NCBI GenBank assembly: GCA_038496445.1
Contig: JALMLS010000344.1
Coordinates: 124,001 to 188,000 of the forward strand
Source: Trichosphaerium sp. ATCC 40318
Lineage: Eukaryota > Protista > Tubulinea
Length of the DNA: 64,000 nt
Direction: 5' to 3'
Every line of letters begins with the position of its first letter. Positions within the stretch are counted from its first letter, which is position 1. Of the stretch, positions 12,880 through 25,310 are shown piece after piece. The notes beneath the pieces were generated by a model. That model saw only the letters and a list, made by a program, of their open reading frames with translations. It ran no database searches and was not told the origin of the DNA. The position numbers and the translations under genes are program-made.

Positions 12880-13613
12880 ATGACTGGTAAAGAGATACGC
12901 ATAAATGACATAGACGTTAAAGTTGAACATTGGGCATCAACCAACAGAGGAACAGCACGTTATCGCGTAGACGTATCATTAGTGCTTCATCCAGACAGTA
13001 CACATGTCTGTTAGCTCAACTACTGACAAAAACGCTTAGAGTGGGGCAGATGGGAGCTAGAAGTTGATGGACGTTCTAGAAACTTTAAATGCACGGTATG
13101 AACAAAAAATCTAGAACTACAATTTTTATTTACAGTTAAAAAGGTAGCTAATAACGTTCCACGCGTATTCACCAAATTCATTGCTGATGGCAAAGGTAAT
13201 AACAGGTTTCGGCGCGAAAAAGCAAGTTTTTCAAAGTTGAAAATTTTTACATTTTTTGTTTGAGTCTAAACTAAGCTTATTGTAGTCACAATACAAATAA
13301 CTAACCCAAAAGTACATTTATATGTACAAAATGGTAACGAAGAGGTAATGTGAAAACAACAAATTTATCTGTAACCTCTACTTCACTTTATAACTCTTCT
13401 CTAGCGCTTGACACTATTTCTAAGAGCAATGCGTATGATTTTGGATAACCCTGAGAATGGTAAGTTCGTGTACAACCTTTTTGACGTTAATCTCGCTTTG
13501 TAGACATGGAAGAATACATAGAAAAATATGGGCGTATTATGGACCCACCAGAGCTCTCTGACGATGAGTTACCAAACGCATTAACTGCTTTTGATCAAAA
13601 TATTCCACGATGA
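12880..13613 (+). CDS. Small multi-exon protein, stand-alone PIF1/LRR1 N-terminal PH-like domain
   Basis: Absent from the ORF track. Spliced: MTGKEIRINDIDVKVEH...NNVPRVFTKFIADGKVTIQITNPKVHLYVQNGNEERLTLFLRAMRMIL, which resembles the LRR1/PIF1 motif FTKFVxEGKATV...LKxFLxAMR. An alternative start at 12764 is possible. Confidence 0.7.
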
Positions 13614-13753
13614 AAAGCCTACCCCCTTACGCTCTAAAAACCCTGTAAATTATACAACACTACGTTTAGTAAAGCTATGTCTTTTTAACCGAAAGTTACA
13701 CGAGTCTGGCTTTTTCGCGTTTTTCTGTCAATTTATTCTCGATCAAAGTAAAC

Positions 13754-16700
13754 ATGGAGATTGCCACAGGTGAGGTTTTTAACCTCGCCCAACGGTCTCG
13801 CACGAATAAGAATAATTGTTTTCGCAAACTAACTGCGTTATGGGCGCAAAACAAGAAACAATTACTCTCAGCGCTTATGAGCAACCTGAAAAAGTGCTTT
13901 GTAGTTCCTTTAGAACGTGGCGTTCCTTCAGAGCCAATAACGCGAATTTACGAGGTAGTTGCGCAATTTCACGCTTCTCTAGCGCTCAGCAAGGATTTAA
14001 AATATACAATTGGAATTGTACACGATTTGCTACCGTTTCTCGAACTAAAGCTGCCAATTCGAAGTCACGTTGGCCACCTAGTGCTAGAATTGATAGAAAC
14101 GCTTCCACGAAATGTACATCTTCAGTACGCTTACAATACCTTCAATTCGCTTACAAATCGACTACAATCACCCCAGCATTATTAACGCACGCTAGACCTG
14201 CTATGCTCAACAAAATAATGCCTAAATTGCTTCAACGGTGCGTTGATGTATCGCCACCCATTAGGTACGCGTAGAATTACCTCCTTGCAGTCTAGTAACC
14301 TCTTTTTAAAAGATGTGCAGCAATTAAAAGTGTATGTCTATTTCCGAATGCAACTGATTTTATTGGCGTCAAGAGGCAGCTGGCATGGACGCTAGAGAAT
14401 GACCCTGTAATGTACGGAAACACGAACATCACAGAATTTTTTTCACGTGTCAAAACTACAATGACATTAACAATTTTTTTGTTGACTGATTGATGCACCT
14501 TTCCAGTTTTCTCATGTACATTTTGACCTAATCACTGTATAGGGAGGTCCGCCTTGCGGCTATGGAACATGTTAAAGTAGACTTAACTTCAAAAGAATGT
14601 GATATGTCACTGTTAGAAGCGTTCTTAAAACGTGCACAAGATTCAGAAGCACGTGATAAAATAATTCTTGCCGTTAACTTTGTTGAGTAGGTTAAGATTC
14701 GTAGCTTCTTTTTCTCTGTTGTGGCCCAAAAAATGGAAATATTTTCAATGGATCAAGATACCTTGACACGTGTCTGTAGACACGCTCTTGAAGCAAAGTA
14801 CGAACTACACAATGGAGAAGACTAAAGAATTAACAATTTCATTTAGATCTCAAAAAATTGCATCTAGCTTTGCTAAATGTCTCCATACATGGCTGTTACA
14901 GTGCGGTAGTGATTTACACCAAGTATGCAAGTTTAATATGACTTTCTATTTTGAAACTAATGACAAGTGAAAACAGTTTGTAGACTACTTTATGTGTGAC
15001 GAAGAGATTTGTGGAAAGGTTTTGACTCGTTTATTCCAGCACTATCCAAAAGTATCAGCTGTTGACGAAATTGACTTCTACTCTCCTGATGTGTCTCCAA
15101 ACTTGTTGTTGCAATGGAGACATTATCTTCAGTCTGTTCTCATCTCATGTGTACGTTTTGGCTCAATCGCAGTAAGCATACAGTAATACTGATTATTCTT
15201 AGCCTAGAAAACGACACGACATTATTGCACGGTATAATCTACACCCTAAACCTTTTTCTGAGCTTATTACAACACACGAAAAAGACCCTAGTATGTTAAA
15301 ACAGCTCATTGAGCTGTCTCCCATCCTTGTATTCTGTTCAGACGGAGAGGGACTTTCAGAACTAATGATTGCTTTGGGTGAGATTATTTTCATTGTTTAC
15401 TTATTCTTACACAGTCATCTAGGAGATGCTGTTAAACAAGCTATATCTCGACATACAGAAAAGAAGGGTTTATTAAAAAGTGCTGTCACAGCTTTGATAA
15501 AATGTGCAAGGAGTATAACATGCCACAAAGAGTACAACGGTTTTTATGATGACTGTTTTCTAATATTTATTTTCAGATTAATTTCTTGGCTTATTTCTAT
15601 TGCGACATCTTCTAAAAATCATAAAGAGGTTTACTTTGCATTGAAGGCGATAAGTATTATGTTTAAGCATACAGATGTTGATGTAAGTTTTTCCTGGAGC
15701 CAACTTTTTTGATGTTTCAGTTCGCTAATAAGTTGCTCTAGGACGAAGTTGACTTGGCCTTCTTGGAAGCACCTATGGCTCAGTTATGCGCCTCAAATAC
15801 ATTGAATGTATCAAAGATAGCACGTAAATGCTTATTACAGTTATGCTTGTGCAGTTGGTCGTGTGCAAAGACATATATACACTTATTTCTTGATATGATA
15901 AGTGTCGGTGACAATGCCGTTTATGCTCTAAAGGTAAAGTCATTTTGACCTTCTCAATTAATACCTTGTAGGCTGTATTTGATATTGTGATGGTACATGG
16001 AAAGCTCATACTAACAGAAGAAGAAGGTTCGCAGCTGGAACCTGAGTTATGCGTGAAGCAATCCAAAATAGATAACAATCTTGATCAACTTGCTGTCACG
16101 TTGAGTTTAATGCAAATTGATCCAGAGTATGGTTCTCCCATTAAATTCTCATCTGCAGAAGCTAGAAAGTGCGTCTTAGGTTACTACCTCCAAGTCATCT
16201 AAAGCAACTGTAGAAAGTCAGTTATAACACCTTTGATTGAGGCTCTATGGCTGCCAGATCCTGATGTTGGCGCAAGAGCCTTCATTGGGTTAACCAAGCT
16301 GTTGCTACAAGATAAATTGTATCATCCAAATGTACGTAATAGAGCTTGACAGCCTATTAAGCTCAGTTTTTCCAAATCGCTCCTAGACGTTGCCTTTTAT
16401 TATCAACAACGCATCCCCCTTGGTGTAGTGGCTATCATCGTCGCCTGTCACGCGACAGACCCGGGTTCGATTCCCGGAGGGGGAGCTTCTGTTTTTGCAA
16501 CTTTATTAATTATTTTTGCTTATTGTCTAGATCCTAATGGCTCTTCTCAACTACATACACTGTAACGATTGCGTACACTCACAAGCTACTTCCTCACTTG
16601 TAAGTGTAACATTGACACGCACAAAGCAATTGTTTAAATGTTTGTACTTGACAGGTACAGTAACAGTCACTTTAAGTTTTTTTAACGCTCACAAGGTGAC

Positions 16701-17542
16701 AAAGTACATAGAGAACGTTTACTGGTACTCCTTTTTAATTATTTTTTTGTATCTTATGGTAGTAGTCCGTAGCACTGCCTTGCATCAATCATCACATACG
16801 AACGGCTAGGTTTGTTGAGGCAAAAAAAATTGGCAAGTTTATCATCTCGTGGATAAATGACACTATCAAGTAATACTCATGTTATTAGTTCTTTATAACA
16901 ATTATTAGGTCACAGACTATCCGTAACGAATGTAATATAGCTCTTGGTGTTAGTCTACTGGTGGGATTAAACAGAGACTATGGTCAGAATTTTTTTCTCA
17001 CAAACCAAGTACTTTCTTCTTCTTACTTTTCTATTAGCTTCTCAGGGCTCTAGAGTTTATTGTTCATTGCTGAATATGATTCAAATAGAACCAAGTACTA
17101 AAAAGACAATAGAAAAGGAGTTGTGTCTTGCTAAATGGCTTCTCCAACGAACAACAAAGGTACTAGCAAAAAATATTGACATTTGAAAGAAGTACTCATT
17201 CTGACATTTTCTAGTTGACGCTTGTTAAACGAGAGGATCTCAGTGGGTTCTCTAGTGCGTTAGAATTGTTGTCTGTGGGTAACAGACCTGAGCTTGATAA
17301 AGAATTCTCGAAATTCGCCAAAGACCACTTGCAAAAAGGAAAACCAAGTAAGGCGATTTTTATAACGTTATGTTGATGGTTATGTAGTGAGCAAGCGTAG
17401 ACGTAGCGCCACGAGCATTGATGAGGAGTCTAAACCACCCAAGAAAAAACAAAAGCTAAGAAGATCTACAAGCGCTCTTACAAGTACCTCTAAACGTATT
17501 CGATCAAGTAGGAGGCGTTTAAAGCTTGAAAAAAGCATGTAG
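13754..17542 (+). CDS. NCAPG: Condensin subunit CAP-G/Cnd3-like HEAT protein (divergent), multi-exon
   Basis: N-terminus VFNLAQRS...EPITRIYEVVAQF; LLQRCVDVSPPIR, LENDPVREVR, RAQDSEVKIR; Cnd3-like GLTKLLL region; basic tail. Confidence 0.75.
16414..16485 (+). tRNA. tRNA-Asp(GUC), inside CAP-G-like intron 16332-16530
   Basis: TCCCCCT/AGGGGGA acceptor, anticodon arm GTCGC-CTGTCAC-GCGAC, T arm CCGGG-TTCGATT-CCCGG, G73. A T5 terminator follows. Confidence 0.96.
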
Positions 17543-17789
17543 AATGGAATTATTGTTGTATCATAGAAAGAAAAAACCAACTGTTGATTGTGTTAGCGCT
17601 GTACTAGTTTGTATGGTAACGACAACGAACGGAGAATTTGCTAAGTGTTTTTTGGTCTTGTTGCCTTAATTCAGTGCGTTCACAAAAAAAAAGCTTTATT
17701 ACTAGCTGCTCGTTAGTAAACAAATAAATACGCAATATAAACTGCGTGTCATACACAAATTAACGAAATCTCGCTCTATTAAACTGTAA

Positions 17790-19240
17790 ATGACCATGGC
17801 AGAAACAGCGCCAAAGTACGTTTTGAATGGAGGTCAATTATCCGTAGTTGGACACGATTTGGAAGAGATCCCTGCAGAGCTCGGAGAACGCTATGGAAAT
17901 GATGCCACCCAATTAACATTGAGTTTTAACAATATAAGGTGCGTCTTATAGAAGTTTACTTCGCGAAATGGTGTTTTCTTCATAGTGTCAATTCAATTTC
18001 GATGGCATGTTAATTACAGCCTCACTGTTATGCTATAAAACCATTTTCTTGCGCCTCACAATTAAATACTTTTTTTTTTTTCGGTTTGTTGGAACTTTCC
18101 AACGCTCTCTGACAATCTATTTTACAGCACTGTCACGAATATTGATAAATTCACTGGCCTAAGAGAACTGATATTAGATAACAACTCTCTTGTTGCTCGT
18201 CAGTCATTACCTTCAATTCCAACGCTAGAAACACTGTGGGTAAACAATAACAAGGTACGAGCGACCCTTTGATAGGCGTTAAATGAGACATTTCTCACAA
18301 CAAATTGCGCTTCAACACATTTTTCTTTTTTTTCTTTTAAAGTGCCTCAAAACGAACTCCTGATGGTTACTTTACCAATAGATAAACAATTTGGATCGTT
18401 TCATAAACGAAGTAGCAGAAAAATGCCCAAATTTAACGTATTTGAGCATGCTTAGGAATCCTTGCTGCCCAAACTACTTTGTAGGCAAGGACAGTAAAGC
18501 TTACCAACAATACAGGTACCTACCAATTCATTTCTTTTTATGGTGAAGTCGTAATTACCTTTTTTTTTTCTTTTTTCAAATTTCTGGCAGTGAACAATGC
18601 CTTTCTACCTCTACTTCTTTTTTTTGCTTTTGACGAATCACAGCATACGTTTTGTTGGTACCAAAGCGTCAAGTTTGCTTGTGTGGGTTAAAATATGGGT
18701 TTTTGTTACTTTTTTTTTCACTAATTCAAAATGTTTGTGCTTACTTTGGTCCCTCTCAGGTACTTTGTCATAGCCAAGCTACCTAAATTGCAATTTTTGG
18801 ATGCTGCAGAAATTACACCAAAGGAACGCCACACTGCTAAGCAGCGTAGTCAACGTGTTGCTCGACCAGCAGCGTCAGAGTACTCTAAAAAGGTAAAGCT
18901 TTTTTTTTTTCTGCGTTTTGAGCGAAACTCCGAAAACTTTTTTTGATCTTTCAAGAGATCTCAGCGTGTAGGAACCCTTTTGTACTCATATTTTTTTTTT
19001 AGGCTGCTGCCTTGCCTATTGATGAAAGTCAAGCATTACCAACTGAAGATAACCTGGGAAATCACAAGGCACGTGATTTTTTTTGACAAAACGAAAAAAA
19101 AAGGCCTTTGTTGTTTTTCTTTTATAGTTTGCTTGGTTATTTACTAATTTATGTTTTAGGCTAGTTTTGGTGTAACCCGATACTTGTACTACGGCCGACA
19201 ATCAGAAGGTAACCGTTTCATCGTAGACGAATCTCTGTAG
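17790..19240 (+). CDS. LRMDA: Leucine-rich melanocyte differentiation-associated protein (C10orf11-like)
   Basis: LRRs (LRELILDNN, LETLWVNNN), YLSMLRNPCCPN, YRYFVIAKLPKLQFLD and the diagnostic C-terminus YYGRQSEGNRFI. Confidence 0.9.
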
Positions 19241-19567
19241 AAGGATGGTATTTTCAAAAAGCTTCTATCTCCATTATTACTGCTACTATACAGTTTCGAC
19301 TTCTTAAAAAACCCTGTACCATATACTGTTTGACTATTCCAAAATCTTAAATGAATATTTTTTAACCATTCACGCCAATTGTTCTGCAATGTTTTGTTTT
19401 TCTCGCGAGCCAAAAATAACAGCTATACACATATAGCATGATTCGTTGAAATGTATGTATGGCCTTGACAAGTTTAGTTTATCCTAAACACTGTTAAGTC
19501 GTTCAATATCAGTTAAAGTTAGTGTCAACAACAGTCCAACGATCACACTAGGTATATAGCTATTGTG

Positions 19568-20857
19568 ATGGGTTCTTCAGGCAGTAAACGAAGAAGGTCT
19601 GTGAAGAGCAAGAATAACGAATCTACACGCAAGGGGCGGAGTAAATCAACTAAAACCAAACCTAAAAACTCTACCAAGAAGAGAAAAACGGTTAATAATG
19701 ATTCTCCACCAACACAAACCGTTGAGCACTCCATAGAAAAGCAACTGATTAAAAGCTTGAGGGAATTTGCGTTCGATGGACCAAGTTCGCCAAACTACGA
19801 GCTAAAACCTTTGGTACTACGTAAAGTTATGTCCTCAATATCACGTGATATCAGGGCAGTTGGTGGCATTACGAAAAAGGACTTTTCCAGCGAATTGTAT
19901 GGCCTTCTAGATGAACTTTATAGGGATGATTCGGAACCTTTTTTAGCAACACTTAACTATCTGAGGTATGTCTCACAGTTAAATAACTCGAGTCACAATG
20001 CAACACAACGTATACTTTACCAATTATGTGTGAAGAAAGAACAGCCTATTGACAATACTATGATGTTTAAGGAGTTGGTCGAACTAGTAGAGAAGAAGAA
20101 ATACAATTACAACGTTTCTATAACAGAATACTATTTTCCTTCTCTGAAGGACCTATGTTACCTCTGTATTGATAGTACTAAACATGATATTGACGTGTTA
20201 CCTGAAGAGTGTAAGAAGGAGTTTGCATTAAGTAGGATTATAGCAACAATACATTCTGGAAGTACAAATCAAAAGAAGAAACTCATATGTCGTTTTATCT
20301 TTTGGTGTATGCATGAATTGATTACCTTGAAGACACTTTTACGAGAATTAATAGGAGAAGACTGTTTCGATGAAAGGTATAAAGAATCACTTTATGAGAA
20401 TATTAAATCAGATTCTACAATGGATGATGATGGGATACTTGTGCCTTGGTATTGGAGAAGTAGATTGGATTTCATACTTTCATTCCAAGATGATTTTCGA
20501 ATTGAAATAACTGACTATACTGTTTATGATATTTTACATGATGTGCTCCCTAGTACACGTTATGAAGGTATTAGTGAGGATGCAAGAATTAATTTTTTCT
20601 TGATGGAGATGTTTTTTGTTTGTTTTGATTGTATGTACCTAAGAATACATGTTCTCAAAATGTTATCAGAAAAATATAAGAAAAGTAGAGAAGATTGGCT
20701 TGCAGCCAGATTGGATTTTGATGTTTCAAAGAAGAGTGTATTAGAAGACAATATAGAATCATGTTTTATGTATGGTAGAGATTCTGATTACGATTTTATA
20801 CCTTGTCATTTGACATATTGTTGTGCTACAAAAACAGTTATTGTTGTCAGTACATAA
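19568..20857 (+). CDS. Intronless hypothetical protein with basic N-terminus and BC-box-like motif
   Basis: Uninterrupted ORF of about 430 codons; PSLKDLCYLCI...LPEECKKEF at about 20138-20225. Confidence 0.75.
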   Translation: MGSSGSKRRRSVKSKNNESTRKGRSKSTKTKPKNSTKKRKTVNNDSPPTQTVEHSIEKQLIKSLREFAFDGPSSPNYELKPLVLRKVMSSISRDIRAVGGITKKDFSSELYGLLDELYRDDSEPFLATLNYLRYVSQLNNSSHNATQRILYQLCVKKEQPIDNTMMFKELVELVEKKKYNYNVSITEYYFPSLKDLCYLCIDSTKHDIDVLPEECKKEFALSRIIATIHSGSTNQKKKLICRFIFWCMHELITLKTLLRELIGEDCFDERYKESLYENIKSDSTMDDDGILVPWYWRSRLDFILSFQDDFRIEITDYTVYDILHDVLPSTRYEGISEDARINFFLMEMFFVCFDCMYLRIHVLKMLSEKYKKSREDWLAARLDFDVSKKSVLEDNIESCFMYGRDSDYDFIPCHLTYCCATKTVIVVST

Positions 20858-21461
20858 AACAAGATTATCATCAAGGCTTTTTATTAAATACTACTGAAAC
20901 CTAACTAAGTCTCAACGAAAGATAGATGTAATTTTGTTTACTGTGCACTGATATCAGCGGCATTGTGAAGCAGTTTTTTGTGTAGTAAGTAATACATTTT
21001 GTTTGATTATTTGCACAATTTAGTTTCCCTTTTGAAACTCTAAAGGATAATGACAACGTTTGTTGAAGTATCTACCACACTAAATAAAACTCACGACTAC
21101 GTCCATGTAGAAAGCGCGGTTAATTTAAACAGCACTTCATAACGAGAGTTACAAATACTATTGTGGACTCTAGCGAGATGGCCAACAATTTCAATTGTGG
21201 TGACATTTGGATTTTTTTGATTTTCATTTTATTGCTTGTCTACTATGTACATAGAAGAAATAAATTACAGTGTAAAGCGAAAGGGGATTAGGTGTGAAGG
21301 GGGTGTGATGATGTGGGTAAAATAATGTCACAACTTTGTGACTTGCTCTACAGGGAAGTTTTTTTTTTGTTTTATGTGTTTTGTTGTATGTTTTGTTTGA
21401 GTTCGTGTGTAATAAGCAGAGTTTACTCTGCTTCTTGGTTTTTTTAGAAACCAATAAATAC

Positions 21462-23434
21462 TTATTTGGATAACTTGACACGGTGCTTCTTTTTCTTGTC
21501 CTTTGCAACACTATACTTTGTCTTTACGTCATGTGAATGAGCCTAGAATTAAATCGTAAGAGAAATATTCAAATTTGGTTCAAAGAAGAGTACCTTATAT
21601 CTCGAGTGTGTTACAATCTTTGTAGGAACTGGAGGTGGTTCTTCAACAGGTGGACCTGCTACTGCATAATTCACTAAAGAATTAGCTCTTTGCCTATAAA
21701 GTATGTAAGCAAAAGCACTGCAAGGATATCAAAAAATTCGAGAAAAAAAGCATTTATTTACAAGCTATTTCTGTTTTATGCCAAGTTGTAGGAAAATAAA
21801 ATGATGTCACAAAACCAAATCTTGTTAACCTTGTGTTATTTGCACACGCTGTGGTTTTAAAGTAGAAAAAAAATAATGTCAGATTTGTGAGGTTTTCGAA
21901 TTTCTTGTTTTTGTTCCACGCACGTTTCTTTTATTTTTTTCAAAGTTTTTGATCCATTTGAGGAAGTAGTACGTGAGTGACTCTTCAAGTGTTTACTTGA
22001 CTTCTTCTTCAACCTCTTTGGTGTACCTTTACTTGACCTTTTCTTCTTTTTTACAGTAGGTGATTTTGACCTTAGTTTACTACTGCTACTTTGATAACTG
22101 CTTGAACTTGTCATTGATTGTTCAGGAGCTACTTTAACTTTTTCGCGTTTACGAAGCTCATCTGTATTCTCTGGCATTTCTACTGTACTAGCCAGTTCTG
22201 CTAGATCTGTTCCTTTTCTCATACCCTTTATAGAAAGGAAATACTTTTTCTGTCGTGGAGGAGGTGTTGTTTCGAAAAAAGAGGCATTTTCAGGCAATTT
22301 AGGTCTTGAGTGTTTGTACTTTCTAAAAGCCTCATCGTTCATTTCTATAAAAAAACAAACCATCATTTAGGGTACGAAAAACAAGGAACAACATCTCACA
22401 ATGGCGATGTTGATGAGTTTCTTGAAAAAACAAAAAAAACACGAAAAACCGCAAGTAGATTCAGAGAAGATGAAAGAGTACTTTACGATTTTACGTAAAA
22501 ATATGTTTGGGTTTTTTTTTGAAATGTACCTGGTACCCACTCTCCTCGTTCTAGTGCCAATATACTAAGTTCCCATTTCTCAGGACGCCTGTACATAAAT
22601 CCAGGAATACCACAATCAACACCATCTTCTATTTTGATGAAATTAGTCATTTGTTTTTGCGATTTTGCTTTTTTTTTTCTTTCCAAAATTGCAGTAGTAT
22701 GTTTTAAAAACCCTCTTACCTGATTCCCCATTACCGAGAGGCTGCGCTACCATTGTACCAGAAGTAGATTGAGGTATGTAATTCGTAGTACTAACGCGAT
22801 TTTAGAACAGTACAACGTCGTAGGTAAAGCGTAGTGGGTTTTAAAGAAAATAAGGGAAAGTTGTGCTTTCTGTTACCTAAACGTTGAATAATCAACCTCG
22901 TCTCCTCCGCCGCTCGTAATCATGAACGTAGATGACTCATAAGCGCCCATAGGACTATCTTTGTTCATTTGAAAGGTTGACCAATCGCAGTTGTCTGTAG
23001 TAGGCTTTTCGTCCCCTTCGTCTGTTTTTTCGAACACTTGCAGTACACCTTGTCCGTTCGAATTGTTTCGAAGTTTTACAGTACCAACGGCCTCGCCGTC
23101 CGATTTCTTTAACCGCACAGTGCCGTAGTATTGCCACTCGTGTTCTAGGCGCCTTAGATAATTAAGTGGTTAAACAGTTGTACCTTTATCACTATCTTGC
23201 CCTTCTTTTACCTCAAACTGATCGTATTTGCTTAGCGTGCCAACGATGAGGTCTTTGGCAGTCTGTTTGCTCGCTTCTTCATCTACACCTAACTGCTCAC
23301 AAATCTCACTCTCCTCAGCTGCGTGTGCGTCAGCATTGTTTTAAGGTCATTTCCTTACCGTTGGAGAGTTCAGGAAACTGTGCACCCTTATTATCTCTAT
23401 GCTTTGCTAAAAAGTATTGCACAAGCTTCTCCAT
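21462..23434 (-). CDS. Multi-exon hypothetical protein with Ser/Lys-rich C-terminal region
   Basis: Chain of GT-AG exons from MEKLVQYFLAK to ...KKKHRVKLSK*; no family recognised. Confidence 0.65.
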
Positions 23435-23562
23435 TGCGTGAGTAATTTATCCGTGTTTCAGTTCAATAATTGCTACGCTGATTTATAAACTTGTAATTAC
23501 GCTCGAGTAATTCCAACTACACATGAGCATCTACACATACTATTATAAACGCCAAAATATAG

Positions 23563-25242
23563 CTATTTGTTGACTTTTTTTGTAAAAAATGTTTTGCAGC
23601 TCGTTTTGATGTGATTAATGTATCGCAAAGCAATATGAAAGGCGTAGTTTTGCCTTAACAGCTCCAAAATCGCAAATTCCGAAAATATCTCAAAGCTCGA
23701 ATTCAGGTCAAATCTAAATATGGACAACCCATCAATGCTCACAATACAATAAATGTGCCATACTCTATGACCACTAAGTTTACCAATATAGATGTACTTG
23801 GTACAATAACACAACCTACATAACATCGCGAATAAAGGAGCTTTTAATACATGAAGTTTTGCTTTTTTTTTATTGTTGATGCAGTTTTTCGTGTCAATCT
23901 GAACACGCTTCTATTAACATTTGGCTTGACAAATTTAACCACTGTGCACCATAAACTTATGGTTTGTGTTACCAATTTCACTTTGCGCATAGGCATTATC
24001 ACGTGAGTGCTTTACATCCTTCAATCCTCCCTTGCTCCATTGTGTAATTAAGATAGGCAACGTGATTGCCTATGTTGTAATAATCGAGCGAGTCACTACA
24101 ATGAGCATCTTCGCCAGAGCCATCACATTGCACAAAATCGAGGTTTTTGTTTTGTACCCAAATCTATTGCATACAACTGTTAGTCACAGTGCCACAACAA
24201 CAAAAAAACTAAAATGACATTGCATACCTCAGTGGCAACATGCCAGAAGCCTAAATATGTAAAAGGTAGATGAGGTACTGGATCTCTTTGATTTACAACA
24301 CGATAGCTATTATGCGCTTCAAATAACTACAATTGTAACTTAGTTTAATACCAACATCAATTAATAACACGTACTTTGGTTGCATACTCAGCGAATATTT
24401 TATTACCAACACGTGGATCTCCATAAGTCCACATTTCTATTGTAACTGCATCCCCAAGCAATTCTATTAATTCTGTAGCACATATTACTGCAAGTGCTGC
24501 ACCCAAAGAATGTCCCGTAAGAATTATCTTTTGCCAAAATTAGTGACACATTGTGACATTTGAGAAAAAAAATTGTACTTTACCTTTTTTGGTTTATCAG
24601 CTGTAAATCGGCTGAGAATCTCAGATAATATAGGTTTCTGTATTGACTCCCATGCTTTGTAATATCCCAAGCCTACTTTAGCACCCTCAGGAGCTTTAGG
24701 ACTCGGCCAGTCTTAAAAAGCAGTCAAACACCAAAAAACTTTCAGTTGTGCCTTACCAACTTTCTTTAGTGATTCAAGATCTAGAGTCCAGCTTTTTAGG
24801 GTACCTATGGTACCGCGAAACGATGCAACAACTATGGGTGCAATTGTTAATTTTTCAGGGCAAACAGCGGACGTACTTTCTCCGCTATTAGCTGTAGCGA
24901 CATATCCATACGATTGCGTTTTATTGACGTTGATTACGACAACATTGTTTGGTTTTTCAACTCTCCGGCACCTGAACCAAATTAGTTTGTACTCATGTAT
25001 GGAAGTTTACCAATAACATGTCCATGGTTCCAAAACTGTTTTAGGGCAGTAAGAAGCCCAAGCATAAAACAAATGATGTTGAAGTTGTGCAAGCGTCACT
25101 GAGGCTACAAGAGTACGATTGGTATTACCTAATGTGGGTATTACGCACCATTGGGTGCTTCAGGAGCTTCAGTTGGCTCATCGGTGCAATATACCATGTG
25201 TAAGGCTAAAATCGTTAAACACAGTACTTGTGCGCATCTCAT
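23563..25242 (-). CDS. Secreted class-3 lipase (alpha/beta hydrolase)
   Basis: Signal peptide, IVASFRGT, ILTGHSLGAALA nucleophile elbow, YGDPRVGN, DHVAYL. Confidence 0.92.
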
Positions 25243-25310
25243 TGTGTTCTTAGCTTGCTTTTAAATTCTGTGGAAATTTCAATACAAATCGGTTATTGTT
25301 TAAACTGCAA

